A stretch of 64,000 nucleotides of DNA from Macrostomum hystrix. Taxonomy: Eukaryota; Animalia; Platyhelminthes. Positions 13,801 to 27,330 of this stretch are shown here, piece by piece (the first letter of the stretch is position 1; each line of letters begins with the position of its first letter). The stretch lies in the NCBI GenBank assembly GCA_950097015.1, contig CATNEN010000007.1, positions 5,642,001 through 5,706,000 of the forward strand, given 5' to 3'. The translations under genes and the position numbers were made by a program. Under the pieces are notes generated by a model that was not told the DNA's origin, did no database searches, and saw only the letters and a program-made list of their open reading frames with translations.

Positions 13801-14064
13801 GATGTCTGGAGCTTCGGCGTCTGCCTGTGGGAGCTCTACAGTCTGGGCGAGCCGCCCTGGGGCGACCTGGACGGCGTGGAAGTGCTGAAACAGATCGAGG
13901 AAGGCTGCCGACTGCCGCAGCCTCGCCTGGCCGCGCCGGATCTGTACAACCTCATGCAGCAGTGCTGGGCCTACAAGCCGGAGGACAGGCCCAGCTTCGA
14001 CCGGCTGCAGGCCTGGTTCCAGCACGTCACCACCAATGTGTACGAGAACCTGCCGCCAGAGTAG
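7848..14064 (+). CDS. shark: SHARK/HTK16-type non-receptor tyrosine kinase (SH2 - 5 ankyrin repeats - SH2 - kinase), ~791 aa
   Basis: Exons 7848-8135, 8633-8845, 9115-9351, 10607-11069, 11917-12356, 12932-13323, 13722-14064; all GT-AG with consistent phases. SH2: WFHG...FLVRFS and WFHS...FLLRRS. ANK: NPLHLAA, TPLIEAA, TALHRAV, TPLHEAA, LPYELA. Kinase: GEGEFG, VAVK, HRDLAARN, DFG, DYY, KWPIKWYAPE, SDVWSFG. AATAAA at 14786. Confidence 0.93.
8418..8585. repeat. 27-bp minisatellite x~6 in kinase intron 1
   Basis: Unit ccacactctgacaccagtcttcatttg. Confidence 0.95.
9560..10410. repeat. ~30-bp degenerate minisatellite with a ~297-bp higher-order duplication in kinase intron 3
   Basis: Unit ~ggatcattgtgtcttctgtggagagtttt. 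The variant ccatggaaag recurs at ~9646 and ~9943. Confidence 0.95.
11189..11730 (-). mobile_element. Decayed P-element/THAP9-family transposase fragment, antisense in kinase intron 4
   Basis: One frame reads GWHFSLKSIRSIASFVAQNGTNKLLIRSLTRDHVENGVG...AALRSLAVNQLL...KKCAGDECALL. This resembles the P-superfamily GW...(Y)LLTR-L-QD-LENFF...NC-D region. It has an upstream stop and a degenerate catalytic motif. Confidence 0.6.
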
Positions 14065-14155
14065 AGCTCGGGACTGTTGTTTGGTAGGATTGATTCAGAA
14101 TTTTTCTATGGCCAATTACATTCAGTATCGCAAATATCGCTTGTAATAAGTTTTA

Positions 14156-14440
14156 ACTGTTGTCATTGGCAACCAGGCAACCGAAGTTGGGTTCGTTAGA
14201 CTCTATTATACTACTCTAACTACTCAAACTACTACTCTAAGTATACTGTTGTCATGGGCGACCAGGCAACCGAAGTTGGGTTCGTTAGACTCTATTATTC
14301 TACTCTAACTACTCAAACTACTACTCTAAGTATACTGTTGTCATGGGCGACCAGGCAACCAAAGTTGGGTTCGTTAGACTCTATTATCCTACTCTAACTA
14401 CTCAAACTACTAATCTAAGTATACTGTTGTCATTGGCAAC
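14156..14440. repeat. 89-bp tandem repeat x~3 in the predicted kinase 3' UTR
   Basis: Unit actgttgtcatkggcraccaggcaaccgaagttgggttcgttagactctatta...aagtat. Confidence 0.9.
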
Positions 14441-15259
14441 CTTAGGTTGATATTTTGTGTCCACAGTTCTTTACTTTAGCAGATTTGGGTTGTCATTAGT
14501 AACAACCGAAAGCAAAATAGCTATTATGTTGCCATTGACAACGAAAGTTTGAGTTATAACTTATATGCTTAATTTTTCTTAAGCATAATGCTGAATTAAT
14601 CCATAGTTTTTTTGTTGTCGTTGACAACTAAAGCACTTGTTTACTGAAACAATGGTCGTTAAGCATCAATCAAAATGTGCTCTAGTCTGTTGTTCTTTTA
14701 CAAAGATGCGTAGCACTTTATTTATTAGATACACACTACTTATTAGATACACACTACTTGTCCAGAGAGTTCGCCTAATTCCTGGAATAAAGAAGCAATT
14801 TTAATTGCCTTTTCCTTTTAACAAGCTGCTGTCAATCTTGTGTCTTTTCCCATTGTGTAACATATCATGTTGCTGTTTGACTGGACTTTCTGCACCCTCG
14901 CGTGTCTTGTTTTGCTAATTGTTCAATCAGCAAACTGCCTCACGGACTTCGCTCCAAGATGAGTTCGAACTTATTCGTCAGGGAGTCATTTCGCTTCGCT
15001 ACGGGCCAGTTCGCGACTTGTTCAAGTCCTAGTTAATGATTTATCTCCTCCTGCTTTTATCCATGTTTTTGCCTTTATCTATTATCATACCTCTTTTACA
15101 GATATATTTCTTTGTTAAAGATTTAACTAGATTGAAAATCTCTATGGAATTTTTTTTCTTTGCAAATTTTACTCTTTATTTAACGACATGCCGAGTGTGC
15201 CAGCAGAAAACTGTGGGGATAATCACGACTATCTTCCCAATGAGGGGGTTTCCCTTCCT

Positions 15260-15680
15260 CTAACATCTCCAATTCTCCCCTTGAGATCTAGGGATTTCCC
15301 ATGCTCTATTATCTCCCATTCTCCCCTTGAGATCTAGGGATTTACCATGCTCTATGAGTCTATTATCTCCCATTCTCCCCTTGAGATCTAGGGATTTCCC
15401 ATGCTCTATTATCTCCCATTATCCCATTGAGATCTAGTGATTTCCCTTCCTCTAATATCTCCTATTTTCCCTGTGAGATCTAGTGATTTCCCATCCTCTA
15501 GTATCTCCCATTTTCCCAGTGAGATCTAGTGATTTCCCTTCCTCTAATATCCCCCATTTTCCCATTGAGATCTAGTGATTTCCCATCCTCTAATATCCCC
15601 CATTTTCCCATTGAGATCTAGTGATTTCCCATCCTCTAGTATCTCCCATTTTCCCATTTAGATCTAGCGATTTCCCATGG
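15260..15680. repeat. ~46-bp minisatellite
   Basis: Unit ~gagatctagtgatttcccatcctctaatatctcccattttcccatt. Confidence 0.9.
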
Positions 15681-16123
15681 AATCACGCAGTAGATTGCCG
15701 CTCGGCATGCTGTCTAGTTCATATTGAATTGCGTGCAATGTAATAGCCCTCATCCTAAAGGATTTGTTGGCTTCTGTTTCAAAGAGAACAGGCTGGCAGG
15801 CTGGCTCGTGCCTGCCGCAGCTCCAAAGCAGTATTCTTCCTTGCTCTGAACTCCTTGTCTGCGTGTTGTCATTGCAATTTAGTCACTTTTACACACCAAA
15901 TGCTAGAATTCAATTGCTTATGTATTTTTGTTTGCCTTTATGCAATATTTTAGCAATGAAAGCATTGTATCTGTATTTTTGTACAATTCTCGCTTAGACA
16001 CTATATATATAATACTCTAGGGATCTGGAAATGTTTGTGGGAATGATGTGTCATTTACAAAGGAAATTCCAAAGGAAGCTAATTGTGTTATTTACCATAT
16101 GGCAGCAGCATCACCTGGAAGGC

Positions 16124-16525
16124 GTAGGGACATAAGTGGGTTTGATGGGGCTCCCCCAGTCCATGGATGGGAGGGTAGGGGCATAAGTGGGTTTGATGGG
16201 GCTCCCCCAGTCCATGGATGGGAGGGTAGGGGCATAAGTGGGTTTGATGGGGCTCCCCCAGTCCATGGATGGGAGGGGTAGGGACTTGTGTGGGTTTGAT
16301 GGGGCTCCCCCAGTCCATGGATGGGAGGGTAGGGACTTGTGTGGGTTTGATGGGGCTCCCCCAGTCCATGGATGGGAGGGTAGGGGCATAAGTGGGTTTG
16401 ATGGGGCTCCCCCAGTCCATGGATGGGAGGGGTAGGGACTTGTGTGGGTTTGATGGGGCTCCCCCAGTCCATGGATGGGAGGGGTAGGGACTTGTGTGGG
16501 TTTGATGGGTCTCCCCCCAGTCCAC
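16124..16525. repeat. 51-52-bp G-rich minisatellite x~8
   Basis: Unit gggtagggacttgtgtgggtttgatggggctcccccagtccatggatggga. Confidence 0.95.
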
Positions 16526-17603
16526 GGACTGAAATCATGCTTCTTATACAATACATGTACTACCATGCTTGTAGTTTTTATTCGACAGTTGATTTGCTGT
16601 CTCCGCCATTTTTATTACCTCTCATTGTTGCTGACTGCCAGCACAGTTTGCTCTGCTCAGTGATGCTCAGTTTTTCTACTCAAATTTATCATCGCTTACT
16701 TCTCTCTGTTGCTCTCAAACACCTGTCCGCTGCCTCCCTAGATCTCTTCCCGTCTTCCTCTTACCCTCTTCCGCTTCCCCTCTTCCCATTCCACTCCTAC
16801 TCTTCCCTCTTCAACCTCCCTCCTCTCGTCCCATTATCCTTTTTATATTTGTCCTGTGCCCTTTTTCACCCTTTCTCATTACCATATCCCATTATCTCGA
16901 TAGTCTTTCCATTCTGTGTCCCAACCTTCTTAAATTTCCTGTGTTAATCTTGCTTTAAAATATTTTCCACAGTTTTCGTTTCCGTGCACTTTTAAAAGTA
17001 CAAAAATTACAGCTGATTCAGGATTTGTTGGGCGGTGGTCAGTAAGATTTATTTCTGTCCCCGAATCGTTCATCAGCTGGTTTCTATAAGCGAATGACAA
17101 TTTGTAGATTTTCTTTTATAATTTTTTATGCGAATGGTCAATCTGACGAGTGACCAATATGATTAGCTGAATTGTAACTGAGCAAACAACTCCACAGCTA
17201 CTGCTTAGCAGTCTGGTGTGCTTCTTTTGTTTCCTAAACCCTTTTTTATTATTCCGTGTCCACATGGCCTCCCGTAATTTTATGTCTATCCTAATTTTTA
17301 CTCGCTCTGCACTCCTGTGATTCCCCTGCTAAGTAGTACGTGTAGCAAGCGAGTGTATTTCTTCGGTAAATTAACCCGTGGCGATCTGTGGCTACTCACG
17401 GGCGCTAGTGATTAATCCGATTTGGCACATTTTTCTCACTGTAGATCGAAGTTTTGAAAAAATGTTTATTTAAACTCTACTTGTTCTTAGTCTGTATTTC
17501 CTGTCCTTCCTTTATTTGCTTTCGATTTGGTAGTGACACCCTTTTAGCGGTATGGGTGGCTTCGCAGGACCTCCCTGCAGCTAAAACTTACCCGTTACAG
17601 CTT

Positions 17604-18345
17604 TACCTGTCAGGCACAGGTGTGTCAGTTACTCAATGGATGCTGGCTACCTGTCAGATGCAGGTATGTTTCTGATATAGAATGGACTACCTGTCAGATA
17701 CAGGTGATGTTGAATGGATACTGGCTACCTGTCAGGTACATGGGTGTCAGATACTCAATGGATGCTGGCTACCTGTCAGATGCAGGTATGTTTCTGATAT
17801 AGAATGGACTACCTGTCAGATACAGGTGATGTTGAATGGATACTGGCTACCTGTCAGATACAGGTGATGTTGAATGGATACTGGCTACCTGTCAGATACA
17901 GGGGTGTCAGATACTCAGTGGATACTGGCTACCTGTCAGATGCAGGTATGTTTCTGATATAGAATGGACTACCTGTCAGATACAGGTGATGTTGAATGGA
18001 TACTGGCTACCTGTCAGGTACATGGGTATCAGATACTCAATGGATGCTGGCTACCTGTCAGATGCAGGTATGTTTCTGATATAGAATGGACTACCTGTCA
18101 GATACAGGTGATGTTGAATGGATACTGGCTACCTGTCAGGTACATGGGTGTCAGATACTCAATGGATGCTGGCTACCTGTCAAGTACAGGTGTGTCAGAT
18201 ACCCAATGGATACTGGCTACCTGTCAGATACAGGTGATGGTGAATGGATACTGGCTACCTGTCAGATACAGGTAATGTTGAATGGATACTGGCTACCTGT
18301 CAGATACAGGTGATGTTGAATGGATACTGGCTACCTGTCAGGTAC
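17604..18345. repeat. 38-45-bp minisatellite with 122-bp higher-order structure
   Basis: Core tacctgtcagatacaggtgatgttgaatggatactggc; three subunit variants alternate. Confidence 0.95.
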
Positions 18346-19137
18346 AGTCGTACCCACAGAATATCCTGGTGGTTGTCCTGCAGATATTCTGTGGCTGTAC
18401 AGGATGTTTAATTAAACTAGATGGCATTTTTATGTTGCTTTACTCATTACACACTACTTAGCTTTGTATCAGTAGAGCATGTAAGTAGGAACAATATCTG
18501 GCATTCAAATTTTCTATCAGTTAAATGTCTAATCTTAGACGAAAGGCGTGTCATTTGACGTCTTGCCCCGACAAAGACTGCAGTTTTCGGAAACTTGGCA
18601 GGAATTTGACAAAAAGTGGAACAGCCAATGTTAGAGAGACATTTTCAGAGGAAGTGTGTTGTCTCTTTACTTGAAGGCGGCACAGATGAGCCCGAATTAA
18701 TGCCGAATGCGCATGTAAAATAGCGGATATTCGATATTTCAGTTCCGCAGCTTGCCTGGAAACAAAAGACTTCGCGCCAAATTGCTGCTAATAAAATCGT
18801 AGAGATACGGCCGAAGCGATGACGCAACAATGCAGAAACAGGAGACCCAATGGAATGTCACGCCGCGTAAGGCGGGCGTGAAGCTATGCCAGTGAATTGA
18901 GGGGGGCGATTGTGCGGAATGCAGATGGAATATTGAAATAAGTGACTATTTGGCTCATTGAGTCTGCTTTTGCTGTCCAGTTTTTCACAGCGATGTGCGC
19001 CCCGAAACTGACAGCCTGTCATGTCTGAGCTGGCAGACAGCTGCTCGGAATCTGCAACATTCGGTCTGCTGACTTGCTGGCCTCTCATTCAGTCTGATTG
19101 GGTCTGATTAGAAATTGTTATTTATCTCTACTATTTG

Positions 19138-19680
19138 TTTTCACTCTGTTCCACTGATTGTTCACTCTGTTTGGACTGATTGTTCACTCTGTTTGGACTG
19201 ATTGTTCACTCTGTTTGGACTGATTGTTCACTCTGTTTTGACTGATTGTTCACTCTGTTTGGACTGCTTGTTCACTCTTTTTTGACTGATTGTTCACTCT
19301 GTTTGGACTGCTTGTTCACTCTTTTTGGACTGCTTGTTCACTCTTTTTGGACTGATTGTTCACTCTGTTTGGACTGCTTGTTCACTCTTTTTGGACTGAT
19401 TGTTCACTCTGTTTGGACTGCTTGTTCACTCTTTTTGGACTGATTGTTCACTCTGTTTTTACTAATTGTTCACTCTGATTAATTGGTTGTTCACTTTGTT
19501 CAGCTGGTTGTTCACTCTGCTTGGACTGATTGTTCACTCTGATTAATTTATTGTTCACTCTGTTCAGCTGCTTGCTCACTCTGTTTTAACAGTTTTTTTC
19601 ATTCTGCTTAACTGATTGTTCACTCAGTTAAACTGATTGTTCACTCTGTTAACTTGTTGTTCAGTCTGTTTAACTGGTCT
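19138..19680. repeat. ~22-bp minisatellite
   Basis: Unit ttgttcactctgtttggactga. Confidence 0.95.
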
Positions 19681-20385
19681 TTCCCATTTTGACCTCGGAT
19701 TAAGGATAAGCTTTGTGATATTTTCTAAGCAATTCAGGCCCCACTAAAGCTAGTCCTCACTACTTCGCGAAAAAATTTTTTTTTTTAAAACAAAGAAGAT
19801 ATTGGGAGAGAGATGGGAGGCGGGAAGGGAGGCTTTGCAGAAGGTGGCGCGGAATGGTCGGGCGTGTCAAGCGGCGCGAGGCTCAAAGGATTTATGAATT
19901 TCTGTTGCGTGGCGTTTCCGCTTATTAAGCCGGCGCGGCACGGCGGACACTGAAGTGGAATTGTGCGAGGGTCCTCGTGGCCGCTGTTTGATCTTGCCAC
20001 GCCCCCCCACAATATCCCCACACCCTCAGAGCAGTTAATTAAGAATTCCTAAGGAACAGTTATCAATATACAGAGCGGCTCGAGGATCTAGGAGAGGTGC
20101 ACACAGATGCTGCAGCATGTGTTTGCTGTGATGCAGTGAGCAAATAGCGAAAACAGGACTCATTGCTCACTCACTGCTCAAATCCTGACCGTGAGTTCCA
20201 GTGGCTCAATGGCAGATGAGCCGTCCGTTTGACTCCTTTGATGCGCCGCAGCCGACACAAGGGAAAATATATTGAGATAATTTATGAAGTCACAGAAACT
20301 ATCAGCGACCCTGAGCACAGCTAGCATCTGTCATTGAGAACTGAACTAACAGATTTCTGATGGGAATGAATCCTTTTTAATCCTT

Positions 20386-20745
20386 CAGGGCACTGAAGGA
20401 ACAGGGCAGGGCACTGAAGGAACAGGGGAGGGCACTGAAGGAACAGGGGAGGGCACTGAAGGAACAGGGCAGGGCACTGAAGGAACAGGGCAGGGCACTG
20501 AAGGAACAGGGGAGGGCACTGAAGGAACAGGGCAGGGCACTGAAGGAACAGGGCAGGGCACTGAAGGAACAGGGCAGGGCACTGAAGGAACAGGGTAGGG
20601 CACTGAAGGAACAGGGGAGGGCACTGAAGGAACAGGGCAGGGCACTGAAGGAACAGGGCAGGGCACTGAAGGAACAGGGGAGGGCACTGAAGGAACAGGG
20701 CAGGGCACTGAAGGAACAGGGTAGGGCACTGAAGGAACAGGTGAG
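20386..20745. repeat. 21-bp purine-rich minisatellite x~17
   Basis: Unit cagggcactgaaggaacaggg. Confidence 0.95.
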
Positions 20746-21954
20746 GGTGTTATATAACTCTCTGAAGGAAAATGGGTCAATTGTTTATCTGAAACATTCT
20801 ATCTGATTGTAGTTATCTGAAGGACATTGTAACTAAAAGCCACTGGTGTATGAAGAAAGGCTGACAATAAAATATTGCTACTATAGAAATATTCTAGAAG
20901 TATCTGGCCCCATTTCAAACAGGGTCTGACAGTCACAACAATGACGCAACGCGTCAACTTGGAGACTTGTTTAGCCTGACACCTGTGGGAGAAGTGTCGC
21001 TCCAAACTAAACCAAACAAGCTGACAAAATTCCCTATATACACAGCAGGCAGTTTATTAATTTTTATAGGAGTGTCTCCGGCATCACCTCCCATTTCGGC
21101 ATTAAATATATGGGATCTTAGCGGGCCAGTTTTGTTTGCGCAGTGGAAATCAAACTGAAGTGGCACTCCTTGTTGGGGGTCATTGTTGCCATGCTGGTCA
21201 GTTAGTTAGCCTTTGGCACTTTGATCAGCTCTACACTTGGCTAGAGGACTTCCACACTGAACTCTGTGTTGGGCTGCATGGTTACCGTAAGTAAGCGGAG
21301 AAAAATCAGATCCCGGGGGCGATATGCTATGCGTTTCCTTTATCGGGTACAGCGGTCACCTGCGCTGCCCCCAAGGCTCCTTTGCCCACACCTCCTTGAC
21401 ATTCTTTCATGCGAGACGCAATATGACCACAAATGGGAGAAAAACAATCAGAAGGACGATGGCGAAAACGTGATCCTTTGTCTCCAGGGGGGGATAAATA
21501 ATCAGGAAGCTGTCTGACTGGCTAACTTCAGTGATCCAATTTGTGTCCGTTTGAGACTGAGCTCAGGTGATTTATAGTGTCCAACAGTTTTAAACAGTTC
21601 TGAACTCCTGGAGCGAACACCTGGGCTGCTTTTGTTTGGAATTTTGCCTCGTGCCCGCGCTTGTCGCATAAATTCTAAACAATGCGACCCAGAGCCATGC
21701 ATTTCTGCGAACATTGTTTTATTGCGAGCTTAGTAACTGCATTAAGAGCAACTGAATTTTAACGACCGGCTAAGTTGACTCTTTGACTCTTCGCGGCTAA
21801 TTTATGTGCTCGAGTGAACCACGTGACTTTCACGTCCAGGACTTCATAAATTGTATCTGGTCGCTATTCCATGGCATTGCTCAACCTTCACTTCCACCTC
21901 ACTCTAACTCTTAACTCTAACCCTTGGCTGCCTCTCCTTTTATACCTTCCGTCT

Positions 21955-22500
21955 ATTCATCTATACCCTCTATCCATCTATATCCCTCCCTATCCATCTA
22001 TAACCCTCCCTATCCATCTATAACCCTCCCTATCTATCTATAACCCTCCCTATCCATCTATACCCCTCCCTATCCATCTATAACCCTCCCTATCCATCTA
22101 TACCCCTCCCTATCCATCTATACCCCTCCCTATCCATCTATACCCCTCCCTATCCATCTATACCCCTCCCTATCCATCTATACCCCTCCCTATCCATCTA
22201 TACCCGTCCATATTCATCTATCCATATTCCCTATCCATCTATACCCGTCCATATTCATCTATCCATATTCCCTATCCATCTATACCCGTCCATATTCATC
22301 TATCCATATTCCCTATCCATCTATACCCGTCCATATTCATCTATCCATATTCCCTATCCATCTATACCCGTCCATATTCATCTATCCATATTCCCTATCC
22401 ATCTATACCCGTCCATATTCATCTATCCATATTCCCTATCCATCTATACCCGTCCATATTCATCTATCCATATTCCCTATCCATCTATACCCTCCATATC
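21955..22500. repeat. 20-bp minisatellite grading into a 41-bp dimeric unit
   Basis: tatccatctatacccctccc, then tacccgtccatattcatctatccatattccctatccatcta. Confidence 0.95.
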
Positions 22501-23379
22501 TCTGGAACACCCTCTATCTAGTACCCACTGTTATACGTGCAGAATTTTCTCAAATTAATTTCTCTGTGGTTGCTATGAGAAACTCATCATTATAGGTATA
22601 AACAGCAAACTGAATTGTATACCTTCATGCACGTGAGAACCAAATTGCTGTATAATTTCACAGATCAAATTGCTCACCAAAAAATGTTCTCACGATGTCA
22701 CGAGGGTGTAACTTGGCTCATTGTTTGACTAAATTCGCTTTGCACCAGTACATTGCCTCCGATCTCTAGAACAGACTGCAGCTAAGGTCGATACTCAAAT
22801 GGGAATAACAAAATATATCACAAGTCTAGCTGATGCTGAACACAAACAACCACTTTAGATGAGGTACGATTTGGCAAATAGACAGATTCTTGGGACACAG
22901 ACAAGACTTCCCTGTAAGACAGACACCCCTGTTAGACAGACACCCTGTTAGACAGACACCCTGTAAGACAGACACCCCTGTAAGAGAGACATCCCAGTGA
23001 GACAGACCGGCAACTCACTGAGGAGACAGACAACCTGCTGAAACAGACAGACAACCAGTGGTACAGGGAAGCTGGCAGCATGGGTTCCTCATTCATCACT
23101 GGAGCACAATTGAAACTATTTTCAGTCACTTTCTCACAACGCTGCGCCAGTGAATTGAAGGCCATGCAGATTTGCCACAACTCATCGAGTCTCCTCTGGA
23201 GCCTTCTGTGTCCCTGAAACGGGACGATCTTTTTACAGTTTGTCTCCAACTGCCGCTGCGGCTATTGAGTATGAAAGAGTGCATGAGATCTAGGTAGCTA
23301 TCAGGCTTAGTCATCGATTTAGAAAAAAACGTTTCATGCAAAAGTTAATGGAGTTTGGGAACTTTCTATTTAGATTAGA

Positions 23380-23600
23380 TCAGATCCAGGGATGTGTGGG
23401 GTTCAGATCTAGAGATGTGTGGGGTTCAGATCTAGAGATGTATGGGGTTCAGATCTAGAGATGTGTGGGGTTCAGATCTAGAGATGTGTGGGGTTCAGAT
23501 CTAGAGATGTGTGGGGTTCAGATCTAGAGATGTGTGGGGTTCAGATCTAGAGATGTGTGGGGTTCAGATCTAGAGATGTGTGGGGTTCAGATATGTGTGG
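23380..23600. repeat. 23-bp minisatellite
   Basis: Unit gatctagagatgtgtggggttca. Confidence 0.95.
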
Positions 23601-26249
23601 CGATCGGATCTATAGGTTGGACACCAAGCTGATCAAACCAAACACTGAAGCACTCAAACCCTATTTAATTAGGCGATCATGAAAATTTTCTGCAATGGTT
23701 GATTCTTCTGAATACGGAGCAGTAAGCACGTGTTAAATCGACAGGCATCCGTGACACGATGATGGTCGGCTAACAATAGGCTCAAACTCTAAGCTGAGCA
23801 TAGATTCAAAACTAAACCATCAGTTTTTCCGACTGCAGCTCATTCAGGTGTGCCACAATTAACCTGCACTGTTGATTTTGAGCCTCACTAATTTGAACAT
23901 AGTTTCCCAATGCTGCACGCGGCACGTGCTGAGAGTGCGAGCTAATAATCCAGCATGGGATCTGAGTGTAGGTTGAGTCGTGCTCAAAATCCCGTGTTTA
24001 TAACACATAAATTCAAGGGAAAGCCGATAGGCCCATGCATGGCACAGCTTAGCTCACAAGCTGTTGATTTCGCTAACAGAGCCACTCAAGCGTAAGAGAA
24101 TTTCGCCAGCGTTGCGTTGTAGCGTTTGTGTGTGTGTGTGTGTGTGAGTTTGCCAATCCGCATTGAAATTGAGTTTGGAGGGCCAGTTGGGTTGCAGAGC
24201 GGATGGCGGCAGCAGCAGCAGCAGCTCCCTTTTTCTTTCAAGTCAAGCAGAGATGCCACGGCGGCAGCGCGGGCAGGAGGGGGCGGAGTTTTATGTCAGA
24301 CTTTAATGGCCCCCTCCGCCCCCTCCCGCCCGCTCTCTCGCAGGAAGGCCGGTGCGGGCGGCCGTGGGTCCAATCCGGCATAAATTTCAGGCCGCGGGGT
24401 GGAGGGGCTGGCGGGTTAGGAAGGCGGGTCATTGGGGGGGTGGTGGTGGCGGCTGGCGGCAAACTTCAAAGAGAAGTAAATTGGTTGAGAATGGCATTGG
24501 AACCCTTCCCTGTTACTCGCTTTCCACTCAGGCCGCACTCTCCTCTCAATGCATTCAAATGGCAATGCAAAAACTCCGTTCATGATTCGGACACTTTCCG
24601 AACTTAGCGGCAGCAGCAGCAGCAGGGAGCATTCTGTCGAGTTGGGATCGCTTTCAGCAGACATTTGTGCTATTGCATTAGCCTAGCCACCTAAACTTTC
24701 ACGTTCTATATGCTGCATTGTGCTGCAGGGTGCTCAGACATATTTTTATTAGGCCTTTGCTGTTTGTTGGCCTTGCTTTGCTGTTGTAGGGTGGTCCCTG
24801 AAACCAAAGGCTCTTGACTCGACAGCAGGCCAGCGAAACGCAGTAATGGCCACAGGGGCTGTGGGAGGTTGGTGCGGCATTTCAAAGTTTTATGACACCC
24901 AGTGCGACCGACCACCACCCCACACGCGCGCACACGGGCCCTGCTACCTTTTCTGTCTCTCTCTCTCACCTTCCTTCCTTCATCTTTGCCGGCGGCGGCG
25001 GTGGCGGCGGCGGTGCCAGAGTGATATTAACTTGGCCGGGCATCTGCCAGAGAGTCAAAGACCCCCAATTTACAGGCACAGCCATGAATGGAGCCATGGG
25101 CTTTGTTGGGGGGTCATAAAACCTTACAATGAGAGAGACTCGGGTGGGAGTAGGTAGGTTCACTTTAGCTCCTCTAATGCGCCTTCTGGCCTCTCAAACC
25201 GACTGACTGGACTGATTCAAAGCGCAATGTATTCTGACCTATCTGTGCTGCCTGATTTCTTAGAAATCTAACTAAATTTATCGATTTTTTACTGTCAAAT
25301 CGAGATCTGTATTCATCAATAGTCAAGCTTGTTCTTTTATGTGTTGGTGTGTACTTTCATCGGCCAGATATTGCCAGCCAGAACAAGAAAACGTTATTAA
25401 CTTGTGTCATACCTGCAGTGCAAAATAATCAAATTAAAATGAACCAAATCGTTTTTTACATTTAGCGACTTAAAGCTAATGTGAGATTGCATAACAGTTA
25501 TTTATAATGCTCTCTGTTTTGCCTGTTGTGATAATAGATGCTATATTTGCTTTTCAAATATATAAATTAACAAGAAAGTTAAGTAAAAATGAGGGACAAC
25601 CCTCTCAGTTCTCTTCTGCCCGCCAGAAGCAGTCAGCCTTCAAGCCGACGGAACCGTTTTGTAAAAAAAGAAAAATATGACAAATGCTTTTCCATCTTAC
25701 AGCAGTAATATTAATAACAGTTCAAACATGTTAAAACGCGCAGGTGATCATTTATTTCTACACAAAAGGTGCGTGCACTTTACAACAAATGGCAAACAGA
25801 AGACACGGCAGACAAGCGAATCGGAGTTAACAGCTTGATAAGGATTCTGGAGATTTCGGCGGTCGTTCTCAATAGAGTCTATGCGATGAAGCAGCAAGTA
25901 CTGACGGCAGTGCTCATGACAGATTTGCATTTGAAGCTTATTACGAGCTATAGTGTTATAGGGAGGTCGATAGGCTTAGAAGTTTTACAGGGCCAATACA
26001 ATAAAATATGCTCTCAGATAACGAATGTCACTGATATATTTCGGTGCAGACATGTGTCCGGGCGGTGCTCAGTTGAGCATAGCGTGGGGCAGGCGGACAG
26101 GCGGGCAGGTGAGCAGTCAAAGACACTGGCAGGGTAGTGGTTCGCGCGAGCGATTGGAGTTGACGCGCCGAACAATATTGCTGAAAGAAGAAAGCAATTT
26201 GCGGTTATTTACAATGGTAATGAAAAAGCCTGTTGCAAGTAGAGACCCT

Positions 26250-27205
26250 AAAGTCCTCGGGGATCATGATTCGGGATCTATAAGTCCTCGGGGACCATGA
26301 TTCGGGATCTATAAGTCCTCGGGGACATGATTCGGGATATATAAGTCCTTGGACCCATGATTCGGGATCTATAAGTCCTCGGGGACCATGATTCGGGATC
26401 TATAAGTCCTTGGACCCATGATTCGGGATCTATAAGTCCTCGGGGACCATGATTCGGGATCTAGAAGTCCTTGGGGACCATGATTCGGGATCTAGAAGTC
26501 CTCGGGGACCATGATTCGGGATCTATAAGTCCTTGGGGACCATGATTCGGGATCTAGAAGTCCTCGGGGACCATGATTCGGGATCTATAAGTCCTTGGGG
26601 ACCATGATTCGGGATCTATAAGTCCTCGGGGACCATGATTCGGGATCTATAAGTCCTTGGGGACCATGATTCGGGATCTATAAGTCCTTGGACCCATGAT
26701 TCGGTATCTATAAGTCCTCGGGGACCATGATTCGGGATCTATAAGTCCTTGGGGACCATGATTCGGGATCTATAAGTCCTCGGGGACCATGATTCGGGAT
26801 CTATAAGTCCTTGGACCCATGATTCGGTATCTATAAGTCCTTGGGGACAATGATTCGGTATCTATGTCCTCGGGGACCATGATTCGGGATCTATAAGTCC
26901 TTGGGGACCATGATTCGGGATCTATAAGTCCTTGGGGACCATGATTCGGGATCTATAAGTCCTTGGACCCATGATTCGGTATCTATAAGTCCTTGGGGAT
27001 CGTGATTCGGGATCTATAAGTCCTTAAGGATCATGATTCGGGATCTATAAGTCCTTAAGGATCATGATTCGGGATCTATAGTCTTCGTGGACCATGATTG
27101 GGGATCTATAAGTCCTTCGGGATCTATTAGTTCTTGGGGATCATGATTGGGGATCTATAAGTCCTTGGAGATCATGATTCGGGATCTATAAGTCCTTGGG
27201 ATCCA
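26250..27205. repeat. ~30-31-bp minisatellite just 3' of cdx
   Basis: Unit ccatgattcgggatctataagtcctyrggga. Confidence 0.95.
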
Positions 27206-27330
27206 AAATTTATCGAGGCTCCAAATGCGTAGGATTTCAGGATTAAGTATTTATAGATTTCGAATGCTGAAGTCACCGACTTACCTATTGAAAAACAGCT
27301 GCATCATTCCGGAGCAGGCTGGGTTGCGGG

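Noticed and set aside
17604-18345. CRISPR-like look (constant palindromic core with variable intervening sequence)
   Set aside because: The intervening sequences recur rather than being unique spacers. There are no cas genes and the context is eukaryotic.
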